Positions 1 through 8,793 of a DNA stretch of 64,000 nucleotides are shown here, in pieces. The position numbers were made by a program, and so were the translations under genes. This DNA comes from Myxococcota bacterium (lineage in GTDB: Bacteria; Myxococcota_A; UBA9160; UBA4427): positions 2,176,001 through 2,240,000 of the forward strand of contig OZ252299.1 of NCBI GenBank assembly GCA_965250285.1. The letters are read 5' to 3'. Under the pieces are notes generated by a model. It did no database searches and was not told the origin of the DNA. It worked only from the letters and a program-made list of their open reading frames with translations. Positions within the stretch are counted from its first letter, which is position 1, and each line of letters begins with the position of its first letter.

Positions 1-320
1 TCGTAGGGCCCGCCCTGGTGCGACCGAAAATCTTCGCAGTGGAGCCGCACCTGCGACGCGCGCGCACCGAGGCGGCGCTCGAGCCGGGCGAGCATGCGCG
101 GCGAGAGGTCGACTGCAGCGACATCGAGCCCTGCATCGACCGCGGCCACGGCGTCCTCGCCGCTGCCGACACCGGCGTAGAGCACGCGCGCACCCGGCGA
201 CACGTAGTCGAGCTGGCTGCGCTTCGCGCGGCCGATCCGACCGAGCGAGAGCGCCCGAGCGACCTCTTCGTAGAAGGGGGCGACGCGCTGGTACGAGCGA
301 ACTCGGGCGGGTCGACTCAT
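1..320 (-). CDS. Class I SAM-dependent methyltransferase (3' end runs off the window)
   Basis: Not in the ORF track because it is truncated. My translation from ATG at 320: MSRPARVRSYQRVAPFYEEVARALSLG...RVLYAGVGSGEDA...VAAVDLSPRML..., with motif I (xGxGxG) and the acidic motif II (VDLS). Confidence 0.8.
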   Translation of the reverse strand, partial: MSRPARVRSYQRVAPFYEEVARALSLGRIGRAKRSQLDYVSPGARVLYAGVGSGEDAVAAVDAGLDVAAVDLSPRMLARLERRLGARASQVRLHCEDFRSHQGGPY

Positions 321-356
321 CGGCTCACGTCCGGGCGCCGCCGTCGCGTCTTGGAA

Positions 357-482
357 CGCTCGCGGCGCTTCTCGGATCGCTCGCGGCGCTTTTCAGATCG
401 CTCGCGGCGCTCTTCATATCGCTCGCGGCGCTCTTCATATCGCTCGCGGCGCTGGTCATACCGCTCCCGGCGCTCGTTGGCG
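357..482. repeat. Tandem repeat, 21-bp unit, about 6 copies (core CGCTCGCGGCGCT plus 8 variable nt)
   Basis: Units begin at 357, 378, 399, 420, 441 and 462; intergenic between the hydrolase stop and the methyltransferase start. Confidence 0.92.
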
Positions 483-492
483 CGCGCCCCGC

Positions 493-1185
493 TCAGCCGA
501 TCTCGGCGTGGAGGAACGAGAGGATGTCGTTCCACGCCTCCTCCGCCGCCGCGGCGTCGAACACGTCGGGCCGCGCGTGGTTCATGAACGCGTGCTGGAC
601 GCCGAGGAACGTCTTGAACTCGGCGCGGGCGCCCGCCTCGCGCAGCGTCGACTCGAGCGCGCGGACGCTCTCGTTCGGGATGAAGTCGTCGTTCTCGGCG
701 AAGACACCGAACACGGCCGCCTCGAGGTTCGAGACGTCGAGCTCGACATTCGGGTGAACGCCGTAGCAGTCGACGACCGCGGCGACCCGGGGGTTCGCGC
801 AGCCGGCCGCGAGGGCGAGCTGCCCGCCCATGCAGAAGCCGACGCAGCCGACCGTCGAGCCCGTGACGCTCGACTGGCGCAGCAGAGCATCGGCCGCGGC
901 GTCGAGGTCGCGCGACGCGCGAGGGATCTCGAGATCCATCATCAGGCGACCGGCGACATCGGGATCGGTCGTGTGCTCACCGCGGTAGAGATCGGGCGCG
1001 AGCGCGACGAAGCCGGCGCGGGCGATCCGGTCACAGACGTCGCGGATCGCGTCGACCAAACCCCACCACTCCTGAATCACGAGCACGCCCGGCCCCTGCC
1101 CCGATGCGGGCACGGCGAGGTACGCGGCGACGTCGTCGCCACCGCTCTCGAAGGTGATCTCGTCGCCCGATCGCTCGCCGCTCAT
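493..1185 (-). CDS. Dienelactone hydrolase family protein
   Basis: QEWWGL motif, nucleophile elbow GFCMGG, Asp in ENDDF and His in HAFMN (Cys-Asp-His triad); RBS-like AAGGGG upstream. Confidence 0.92.
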   Translation of the reverse strand: MSGERSGDEITFESGGDDVAAYLAVPASGQGPGVLVIQEWWGLVDAIRDVCDRIARAGFVALAPDLYRGEHTTDPDVAGRLMMDLEIPRASRDLDAAADALLRQSSVTGSTVGCVGFCMGGQLALAAGCANPRVAAVVDCYGVHPNVELDVSNLEAAVFGVFAENDDFIPNESVRALESTLREAGARAEFKTFLGVQHAFMNHARPDVFDAAAAEEAWNDILSFLHAEIG

Positions 1186-1241
1186 GTCCGACGCCCCTTC
1201 TCTCCGCGAATGACGTGCGGAGGCGGCGGGAGGCTACGGCA

Positions 1242-1323
1242 GACCTCGCGCGTCGCCTAGGGCGTCGCGCGAGGTCGCCGAGTGAGTCGCGCGAGGTCGT
1301 CGAGTGAGTCGCGCGAGGTCGCC
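1242..1323. repeat. 22-bp tandem repeat (GTCGCGCGAGGTCGYCGAGTGA, about 2.7 copies) with an upstream inverted copy that can form a hairpin
   Basis: Copies at 1264, 1286 and 1308; GACCTCGCGCG (1242-1252) is the reverse complement of CGCGCGAGGTC within the units. Confidence 0.85.
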
Positions 1324-1409
1324 TCGGGCGACGCACGACGTCGGCGAGCGAGTCGCGCGTCCGCACGACCCGCCCCTCGAGGTCGAGCGGCGACCGTGCG
1401 GATGGAACC

Positions 1410-2402
1410 CTACGGCGTCGGGAAGCCGGGCGGTGCGGGGCCGGGGAACGGACCCACCGGACCACCGGGGGGCAGGCCGGGCGGGGGCGGGCCGGGGAAC
1501 GGACCGATCGGGCCGCCGGGGCCGACGGGCCCCGCCCCCAGCGCACACGCCGGGCCGGTCGCGCCGCTGCAGGGGGTGAACACGTCGCTGTTCTCGTTGG
1601 GCCGAATGCCCGGTCCGAACGATGCGATCGGGATCCCCACGTCCTGCGGCCCCTGTGCAAAGCGCGTGTTGGGAGCGCCCGCAGGCGAAGTCCCACCGCC
1701 CCCGCTCGAGACGGGCGGCAGCGGCACGGGGGCAGCGCCCGCCGCGTAGAGCCCGGCGGCCCCCTTTGCGATCGCGCAGCCGCCTTCGTTCACGGTGGCG
1801 CTCTGACCGGCCGTGCTGGCCGCCTGCACCTGACCTTCGAGTGCGCACACCATGACGACCAGAGCCGCCTTCTCGGGGAACGCGTAGACCTCGACGTCGC
1901 CGCTGGCCTGGGCGACCTCGAGCGCCGGCGTCTTGAGCCGGGCGCCCTCGGCCTCTTCGCCGGCCTCGAGCACCCGCACATGGCCGCGAACCAGCCGCAC
2001 GTCGGGCGCGCCGCCCGGTGTGAGGGCAAAGCTGAGCTCGGTGTCTTCGTTGAGCCCCGTGTAGTGATCCCCCGAGAGCACGCCGAGCTGGCCGCCGCGC
2101 GGCGTCACCAGTCGATCGCCCGGATAGATGGGGCCGTTCTCGACGAGGCGTCGACGCGTACCGTCGGACGACTCGGCATAGACGACGCCGTGGACGCCCG
2201 TCACGCGACCAATGACGCGATCGTCCGAGGGCTCGGGCACCGGCTCGCTCGTCGCGAGCGCGTCGAAGCCCTGAGGCGGCGCCGGCTCGGTCGTATCGGC
2301 GTGCGCATTCGTCACGCCGAGCGTGACGAGCGCGACCATCGTCGCCATCAAGGCGATGGCGGTCATCGTCGAGGTCTCCTGTGTCTGTGCGTGTGCGTTC
2401 AT
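1410..2402 (-). CDS. Secreted FecR-like beta-domain protein with a Pro/Gly-rich C-terminal tail
   Basis: Signal peptide ending AHA; FecR-like pattern IGRVTGVHGVV...GDRLVT...LNEDTEL...LVRGHVR; tail GPVGPGGPIGPFPGPPPPG; AGGAAGAGG RBS. Confidence 0.72.
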   Translation of the reverse strand: MNAHAQTQETSTMTAIALMATMVALVTLGVTNAHADTTEPAPPQGFDALATSEPVPEPSDDRVIGRVTGVHGVVYAESSDGTRRRLVENGPIYPGDRLVTPRGGQLGVLSGDHYTGLNEDTELSFALTPGGAPDVRLVRGHVRVLEAGEEAEGARLKTPALEVAQASGDVEVYAFPEKAALVVMVCALEGQVQAASTAGQSATVNEGGCAIAKGAAGLYAAGAAPVPLPPVSSGGGGTSPAGAPNTRFAQGPQDVGIPIASFGPGIRPNENSDVFTPCSGATGPACALGAGPVGPGGPIGPFPGPPPPGLPPGGPVGPFPGPAPPGFPTP

Positions 2403-2463
2403 GACCTCTTCCTCACCCCTCTCTCTTCGAACGCGGCCCGATCAGACGTGGAGACGTCTCGGG

Positions 2464-4155
2464 TTAGAAGTCGACGTTGACGAACGCGCCCACCACGTGG
2501 CGGCTGTAGTCGAAGACTTCGACGTTCGATTCGTTGCGGATGTACCAGTAGCGCCCGGAGACGCTGAGCCAATCGTAGATCGGGCGTTCGATCTCGCTGT
2601 GCACCTGCCCGATGAAATCCTTGCGTCGGTCGCCGAACCCGGCCGGCGAATACGTTGAGACGTTGTCGAAGGGATTGAAGCCAGCGCTGCCCCACACGTC
2701 GAATTCGATCTTCCACGGCCAGAGCGAATCGAAGCCGAGCCTCAGCTCGTGGAGGTTGTAATCCCAGTCTTCGCCTTTCGCCCAGTAGCGTCGGTACGTA
2801 TAGCTGCCGTTCAACTCGAAACGACGAATGACGTCGTTGCGCAGGCCCGGCAGATCGATGCGATGCCGGAGCGCGCCCCCGACCCCCGTGCCGCTGCGAT
2901 CGCGTTCTCGCGCCTGGACCGGGTCGGGCGAGAGCAGATCGACATTGAACAGGAATTCGTACCACTCCCACAGCGCCGCGACCTCGGTGTTGCCCCACTT
3001 GCCCCAGTTCCGGTGCCATTCGAGGGCGCCGGTCTGTGTAAGCACGTAGGGGTCGAAGTCCAGCCATGCGTAACCGATGTCGTAGCGCGCGCGCAGGAAG
3101 CTGTACGTCGTGAGATCGCGATCCAGCCAGACCGTTCCGACCGGATAATGGGTGTTGAACTGTTCGAGGTGAAAGTGCGCATTGCCCGAGTACGACGCCG
3201 CGATGCCGCCCGACCAGCCATTGCTTCGAAACAGCTCGGCGCCCCCGTAGGCGCTCCACACGATCCGACCGTCGGATTCGTCCGAGATCGCATCGGGCAG
3301 CACGACGGCCTGGCTGCGCAGGGTGACGTTGCTGTCGTACTCGATGCCGAGCGAGGCGCCGAAGAAGGCGCGATCGCCGATCGACTCGCCGCGCAGCAGC
3401 TCGGCGGCCCGCTTGCCCCACAGCCCGTCCTTGCCATCGATGTCGATGGTGCGCCGAAGATTGTCGCGCGCCAGCTGATGTTCACCGAGCGACTGCCATG
3501 CGACGCCCGCGTAGAACGAAGCGACTGGATCCACCTGATCGGGGTCGATCGCGCGGGCGCGCTCGAGCGCGAGCGCGCCCTCGCGGAACTCCCCGCGCTC
3601 GAGCTGCAGAAGACCGGTATACAGCTCGTAGTCGGGCATGCCGACCGGCGTCACGTTGCCCTTGGCAGCCTGCAGCGACGCCCAGGCGTTCGCGTAGTCC
3701 CCCATGTGATAGAGCGCGACGCCGTGATAGAGGTCGACATCCGGCAGCTGAGGGTCGAGCTGCTTCGCCTCGGCGAGCACCTGACTCGCGCCGACGAAGT
3801 CGCCCGTCGCAATCAGACACTGACCCTGAAGGAGCGCCACCGACGCGTCGTCGGGCGAATCGGCGCGGGCCGCCGCGAGATCCCCCGACGCCTCGTCGCA
3901 CCGGCCGTCTTCGGCGAGCGTGCGAGCCCGGTCGGCCAGCACCCGACCTCGATCGGCCTGCTCCGGAGCCGCGTCGGCCAACGCCCGACTTCGATCCAGG
4001 GGCTCCGAAACCGGGTCGACCAGCTCCTGCTCCGGATCGACGGGCGCCTGGGCCCATGCGGGGAGCGCCGCGAGCGTCACGACGGCCGTCGTCAGGATGA
4101 GGCCCGCCCTGACCAGGGCTCTGTGGGCCTGGTAGGTGTCGCTCAGACGAGTCAA
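2464..4155 (-). CDS. TPR plus C-terminal outer-membrane beta-barrel (Slam/DUF560-like, type XI secretion-like)
   Basis: Signal peptide (AWA-Q), several TPR-like helical repeats, then YDSNV barrel entry and C-terminus YIRNESNVEVFDYSRHVVGAFVNVDF ending in Phe. Start placed at TTG 4155, just past the upstream stop. Confidence 0.72.
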   Translation of the reverse strand: MTRLSDTYQAHRALVRAGLILTTAVVTLAALPAWAQAPVDPEQELVDPVSEPLDRSRALADAAPEQADRGRVLADRARTLAEDGRCDEASGDLAAARADSPDDASVALLQGQCLIATGDFVGASQVLAEAKQLDPQLPDVDLYHGVALYHMGDYANAWASLQAAKGNVTPVGMPDYELYTGLLQLERGEFREGALALERARAIDPDQVDPVASFYAGVAWQSLGEHQLARDNLRRTIDIDGKDGLWGKRAAELLRGESIGDRAFFGASLGIEYDSNVTLRSQAVVLPDAISDESDGRIVWSAYGGAELFRSNGWSGGIAASYSGNAHFHLEQFNTHYPVGTVWLDRDLTTYSFLRARYDIGYAWLDFDPYVLTQTGALEWHRNWGKWGNTEVAALWEWYEFLFNVDLLSPDPVQARERDRSGTGVGGALRHRIDLPGLRNDVIRRFELNGSYTYRRYWAKGEDWDYNLHELRLGFDSLWPWKIEFDVWGSAGFNPFDNVSTYSPAGFGDRRKDFIGQVHSEIERPIYDWLSVSGRYWYIRNESNVEVFDYSRHVVGAFVNVDF

Positions 4156-4159
4156 TGGA

Positions 4160-4936
4160 TCAGCCCCGGGCTTGACCGCGACGCCGTGAGGCGAGCAGGG
4201 CCAGCCCCGCACCCACCATCAAGAAGGTGCCGGGCTCGGGGATGACGGTGTAGTTGCGGCCCACGTTCGACAGGAAGGGGACGCCGTTGCCGAGCGCCTC
4301 CTCGCCGTTGTACGCGAACTGCAGCGTGTCGCCGACCCCGTCGATCACGATCCCGTAGTACTGAAAGACCGAGTTGCCGAAGTCGAGCAGGCCGCCCTGC
4401 AGCGCGGGAACCGTGACGCCCCCGACCGTGCCGCCGTCGTTCAGCACCGAGACGGTGCCGAACTCGTAGCGGTCGAACGGCGGGGTGCCGGGCGGCGGCA
4501 CGAAGTTGGGACCCGCCATGCCGCCGATGAACAGATAGAGACCGTTCGGCGGGATATCGATGTTGATCTCGGTCACCTCCCAGGACACGAGGGCCTGGAA
4601 GTCGAGGGTGCCTTCGGGCAGCTCGTCCTGGAAGCCACCCGAGCCCTCCCAGATGTACTGCTCGGTGCGCTCGAACACGACCGGTGCACCCGAACCCGCG
4701 ACCGGCGAAGCCGACAGGAAGTCTTCTTGCACCGGCGAGAGCAACCACTCGGGCGTGAAGTCGGTGGTCGCAAAGCCCGCCGCGAACGACTCGGGGATCG
4801 GCTCGGCGAGTGCGTGCGCCTGCTGCGGCGCCGCGATCAGGAGGACCAGTGCCGCGGGCAGCGCGAGGGCTGCGGCGATCATGCGTGCAGCCACGCGCGA
4901 TGAATTCCGAATTTGGATCTCGATGCGATGAGCCAT
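4160..4936 (-). CDS. PEP-CTERM sorting-domain (exosortase substrate) surface protein
   Basis: N-terminal signal peptide; C-terminal VIPEPGTFLMVGAGLALLASRRR (PEP, transmembrane helix, basic cluster). Confidence 0.92.
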   Translation of the reverse strand: MAHRIEIQIRNSSRVAARMIAAALALPAALVLLIAAPQQAHALAEPIPESFAAGFATTDFTPEWLLSPVQEDFLSASPVAGSGAPVVFERTEQYIWEGSGGFQDELPEGTLDFQALVSWEVTEINIDIPPNGLYLFIGGMAGPNFVPPPGTPPFDRYEFGTVSVLNDGGTVGGVTVPALQGGLLDFGNSVFQYYGIVIDGVGDTLQFAYNGEEALGNGVPFLSNVGRNYTVIPEPGTFLMVGAGLALLASRRRGQARG

Positions 4937-5267
4937 GGTGCGACCTTTCACCCCTCTCTGTCGTGTCAGTCAGTCTGCGTCGTCCCTCGTGCCTTCGAAC
5001 CCGGGCGAGGGCTCTTCGTGCACGGCATCCCCTATCCGAAACATCGATGACGATCGTCGACGGGCGGACGGACACGTCGGGGTGCGACAGTATGTGGTTG
5101 CCGCTGTCCAGTTGTGTCAGAACGGTCACCGAATCCCGGGTGAATTCCGCCACAGAACGGTGTTTCAGTCACGATTCCCACCGAATCACTGCCGTTTTGC
5201 GTACGTTTTTCGTGTTCGTGTAAAGCGATGGAGCCGTCAACTGGCGGCGCGCCGTGTGTCGTTTTCT

Positions 5268-5882
5268 TCAGCGCACGACGATCCAGGTCGGGCGGTGCAC
5301 CGATCGGCGCACCTCGCCCGCCTCGGGATTCTTTGGATCGGGCAGCGGATCGCCCAGCGCACCGGCGAGATCCATCCACCCGAGCACCCGCAGCAGGTCG
5401 CCGTCACTCGTGCGCACGCAGCCCGCCGAGACAGGCCGACCCAGGACGCGCGGATCGCCTCCCCCATGCAGGGCGATCGAGCCGAGCTCGGCGAACGGGA
5501 TCTTGGCGACGCCCATCGGCGAGTCGAGGGAGGGCGGGAGCTTCGGCGCGCCGGCCGCGATCGCATCGTCGCTGGGTGTCCAGGCGGGTCGCAAGACGAC
5601 CCAGCCCACCCGGTGCCGCCCCTTCGGCGTCGGATTGTTCGGCGAACCGGGCCCGATGGGCACCTCGGGCCCGACCTCTCCGCTGCGTAGATCGCGCGTC
5701 CGCACGACGTACGCCTCGAGATCGATCTCGAGCTCGAGGCCGGGGTCACTCGCCGACCCGAACGCGGGCAGAGACGCGAACACCGACGCGACGCACAAAC
5801 ACGCGAGGAGCGCGCTCGCGCGCGCGGGTCGTCGGGGTCGAGAACGCAGCATGGCGGTCGAACGTAGCAGCACGCCGATCAC
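5268..5882 (-). CDS. L,D-transpeptidase (YkuD/ErfK family)
   Basis: Signal peptide; PTPKG; ALHGGG...VSAGCVR catalytic His/Cys motif; GTGA overlap with the upstream gene. Confidence 0.85.
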   Translation of the reverse strand: MIGVLLRSTAMLRSRPRRPARASALLACLCVASVFASLPAFGSASDPGLELEIDLEAYVVRTRDLRSGEVGPEVPIGPGSPNNPTPKGRHRVGWVVLRPAWTPSDDAIAAGAPKLPPSLDSPMGVAKIPFAELGSIALHGGGDPRVLGRPVSAGCVRTSDGDLLRVLGWMDLAGALGDPLPDPKNPEAGEVRRSVHRPTWIVVR

Positions 5883-7786
5883 CGGGCGTCTTCGACGCGA
5901 ACCCAGGCCCCGGCAAAGGGATCGCCCTCGTCGAAGCCTTCGAGGTGCGGGAAGTCGCGCGCCGGTCGCGCGGGTTCGATCGACGCCAATCGCACGCCCG
6001 ACATCGCCGCGGCATCGCGAATCGCAGGCTCGATTCGACGTCGCGCCTTGCGGTCGTTGAGGGTGAGGAGCAATCGGCCCCCCGGCGCGAGCTGTGCGAG
6101 GCAGCGGGCGACCATCGGCACCACGTCCTTTCGCACGCTGAAGAAGTGGCGTCCCGCCGCCGCTGCGGTCGGCGGATCGAGCACGATGGCGTCGAACTGC
6201 TCGGCCGGGTCGAGGCGCTCGAGGTAGCGCCGCCCGTCCTGCACGACGCCGACATGGCGACCCGGGTCGACCCCCTGCGCCGCGTTCGCGACCAGGTTCT
6301 CATCGAGTCGCCGCAGGTAGGCCGCGCTCAGATCGACGCTCACGACCTCGGCGGCGCCCGCCGCGAGCGCCGCCACACTGAACGCGCCCGTATGAGCGAA
6401 GAGGTTGAGCACCCGGGTCTCGCCCCGCGCCCGACGCAGGTGCCCGGCCAGGGCAGCGCGGTTCTCGCGCTGATCGAGGAACAGACCGAACCCCGGTGCG
6501 CTGCGGTCGGGCTCGAGCAGACCAGGATGCACGCGGTAGACCAGGCCATGCTCACGCACCGAAGCGTGCCGGCCGAGCTCGGCGCTGCCCTCCGGATCGC
6601 CGGCGTACGGATGCACCCGCACGCGTTCGAAGCGTCCGGGGACGCGTTCGTCGAGGTGCAGCACCTCGATCACGCGCCAGGGGCCCGGCACCACGCGCGG
6701 CCCCGCGGCACCGAGCGCGACAAGCGCACGGTCGACGAGATGCGCGGCACACCGCGCGGTCACGAGCACGCGCAGCAGTGGCCCGAGCCGGTCGACGTGC
6801 AGACCCGGCAGACCGTCGGCCTCGCCGTGGACGAGGCGAAACGCGTCCGTGCGTCGGGTGTCATCGATCAAGTCGGCCCGCCGCTCGAGCGCGCGGGCGA
6901 CGCACGCTTCGACACTCCAGGCCGAACCGTCCGAGCCCGAAGCGATCGCCCGACCCGCCACGTCGCCGGCACGCAGCCGCGCGCCGCCCGCGCGCCCGGC
7001 GCCCTCGACGAGCGCGTCGCCGTGCGCGCGCCCATCGGCGGTCACGAGGGCAACCCTCGCGCCGGGACGGAAGACCGCAGGATCCTCGGTCTCGTCATCG
7101 ATGCGAATCCACGGATGGCCGCGGCCGAGCACCCGCGCCGTCGCGTCCGAGATGCGCCAGCTCGGACGCGACCCTTCGGCCGGCGCGCCAACGAAGGCCG
7201 AGATCTCGGGCACGTGCGCCGAGCCCGCATCGCGCCCCCGCCACCACGCCGGTCCACCCTCGGTGACGATTCCGCCGTGGAAGGGGTCGCCCAGCACGAC
7301 GAGGCCGCTTCGCGCGAGTCGGCCCAGAAGATGTGCGGCGAGTCGAAACGGCGTCGCGGCGCCCAGGCGTTCGGGCAGCGTGCCCCATCGAAGCGCGATG
7401 TCGGTCAGGCCGTCGACGTCGGGACCGCACTCAAAGTCGATGCCCGGATCACCGCCATCGACGTCGTCGAACCACGGCAGCGTGCCTCGGCGCCACGGGG
7501 GCGTCACGGTTCGGACGACGGCGTGATCCCCCTCGGCACGCAGCTCGGGCCACGCCTCGCCATCGATCGACGCGCCCAGCGGACCGACCTCGAGTTCGGT
7601 CCCAGGGGCCACGACCCGATCGAGGTCACGCACTGACTCGCCTGCGACGCGAATCGCGCGCTGGGTCGCCCAATCGGCGAACACGCCACGATCCAGACCG
7701 GGACACGCACACGTGAGCAGCTCGACCACGCGCAGCGCGGCGCCCGGTGCGCGAAGGTGAAGAGCATGCGGGGAGGCGGCGAGCAT
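5879..7786 (-). CDS. RlmI/RlmK-like rRNA methyltransferase with N-terminal S4-like and degenerate pseudouridine-synthase-like regions
   Basis: GHPWI, FRLVHGEADGLPGL, GLFLDQRENR, VLNLFAHTGAFSV and IVLDPP motifs; the N-terminus resembles S4 and an RluA C-terminal motif (LARSGLVVLGDPFHG). Confidence 0.82.
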   Translation of the reverse strand: MLAASPHALHLRAPGAALRVVELLTCACPGLDRGVFADWATQRAIRVAGESVRDLDRVVAPGTELEVGPLGASIDGEAWPELRAEGDHAVVRTVTPPWRRGTLPWFDDVDGGDPGIDFECGPDVDGLTDIALRWGTLPERLGAATPFRLAAHLLGRLARSGLVVLGDPFHGGIVTEGGPAWWRGRDAGSAHVPEISAFVGAPAEGSRPSWRISDATARVLGRGHPWIRIDDETEDPAVFRPGARVALVTADGRAHGDALVEGAGRAGGARLRAGDVAGRAIASGSDGSAWSVEACVARALERRADLIDDTRRTDAFRLVHGEADGLPGLHVDRLGPLLRVLVTARCAAHLVDRALVALGAAGPRVVPGPWRVIEVLHLDERVPGRFERVRVHPYAGDPEGSAELGRHASVREHGLVYRVHPGLLEPDRSAPGFGLFLDQRENRAALAGHLRRARGETRVLNLFAHTGAFSVAALAAGAAEVVSVDLSAAYLRRLDENLVANAAQGVDPGRHVGVVQDGRRYLERLDPAEQFDAIVLDPPTAAAAGRHFFSVRKDVVPMVARCLAQLAPGGRLLLTLNDRKARRRIEPAIRDAAAMSGVRLASIEPARPARDFPHLEGFDEGDPFAGAWVRVEDAR

Positions 7787-7875
7787 CGCGACGCCGAGCG
7801 TATCAGTCCCGTCCGCGGCGGCGCAGCCGGCGCGATCGGCGCACGCTCAGGCTGCGCGAGCGAAGGCGTCCCGAG

Positions 7876-8460
7876 CTAGTCGCGGAGTCGGAAGACGATC
7901 GGGTCTGCGCCGCCCTGCCCGACCCGGCGATGGCGACGGATCGCATCGAGGATCGCGCTCGGCAGGCGTTCGCACGCCAGGTGTTCTCGCGCGACCAGCT
8001 CAGCGAGCTCGTCTTCACGTGACACCGGCGACAGATCGTCGAAGTGCGTGCCCGTCAGGACGATCACGGGCAGCTGGTGCGCCAGCGCCTCGGCTGCGTC
8101 CAATGCCTCATGGGCGCGGTCGCCGCAGCGGTCACCGAGATCGACGAGGATCGCGTCGTAGAGGTCTTCTCGCAGCAGCAGTGGGGCGTGGTCGAGCACC
8201 GATGTCTGCTCGACGAGAAATCGACCGCGCGTCGCGCGATGCAGCGACCAGCAGACGACGGGCACGAACTGGGGGCGTTCCTCGATCAGCAGGACCCGCA
8301 CCGAATCCTCGTCGGGGCGCCGGTCGTCCCATTGAAAGCCCTCACCCGTCTGCTCGAGTCGAGGCTCGCGCTTCGGTTCGGCGCCGAGGCCTTCGAGCGC
8401 CGCTTCGGCCACTGCTTCTGCTCGGTGGAGCGAGTCCCAATCCAACGCCGCGCTGGCCAT
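7876..8460 (-). CDS. Stand-alone atypical receiver (REC-like) domain protein
   Basis: VRVLLIEE...YDAILVDL...LPVIVLTG pattern; no output domain; the conserved Lys is not evident. Confidence 0.68.
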   Translation of the reverse strand: MASAALDWDSLHRAEAVAEAALEGLGAEPKREPRLEQTGEGFQWDDRRPDEDSVRVLLIEERPQFVPVVCWSLHRATRGRFLVEQTSVLDHAPLLLREDLYDAILVDLGDRCGDRAHEALDAAEALAHQLPVIVLTGTHFDDLSPVSREDELAELVAREHLACERLPSAILDAIRRHRRVGQGGADPIVFRLRD

Positions 8461-8793
8461 GTGGGTCGTCCTTCTGCCGTGCCTCGGTGCCTCAGAGGCC
8501 GGGGGGCCTGGGAGGGCGAAGGGGTTTGGTGATCTCGATTACGACCTTCACTATTCGTGGTCGGACCGACACGCCTTAGACTTGACGCTCGGTTCACCGG
8601 AAATTCGATCCGACGACTCGATCGATCGATGGCACCGAGCCGACGCGTGTCGGACGCACTCGATCTGCGTATGCACTGCCGCCCCGCGTGTTCGGGTCGA
8701 GGTGCGCACCGTGCGGCCCGATCGAGGCGATGGAACACAATGCGAAACCGCAAGATCGCGTCGTGCGGTCGCGCGTCGAACGGAGCCCGGCCC

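Noticed and set aside
357..482. CRISPR-like array
   Set aside because: The constant part is only 13 bp, the 8-nt variable parts are related to each other, and no cas genes are present; it is a tandem repeat.
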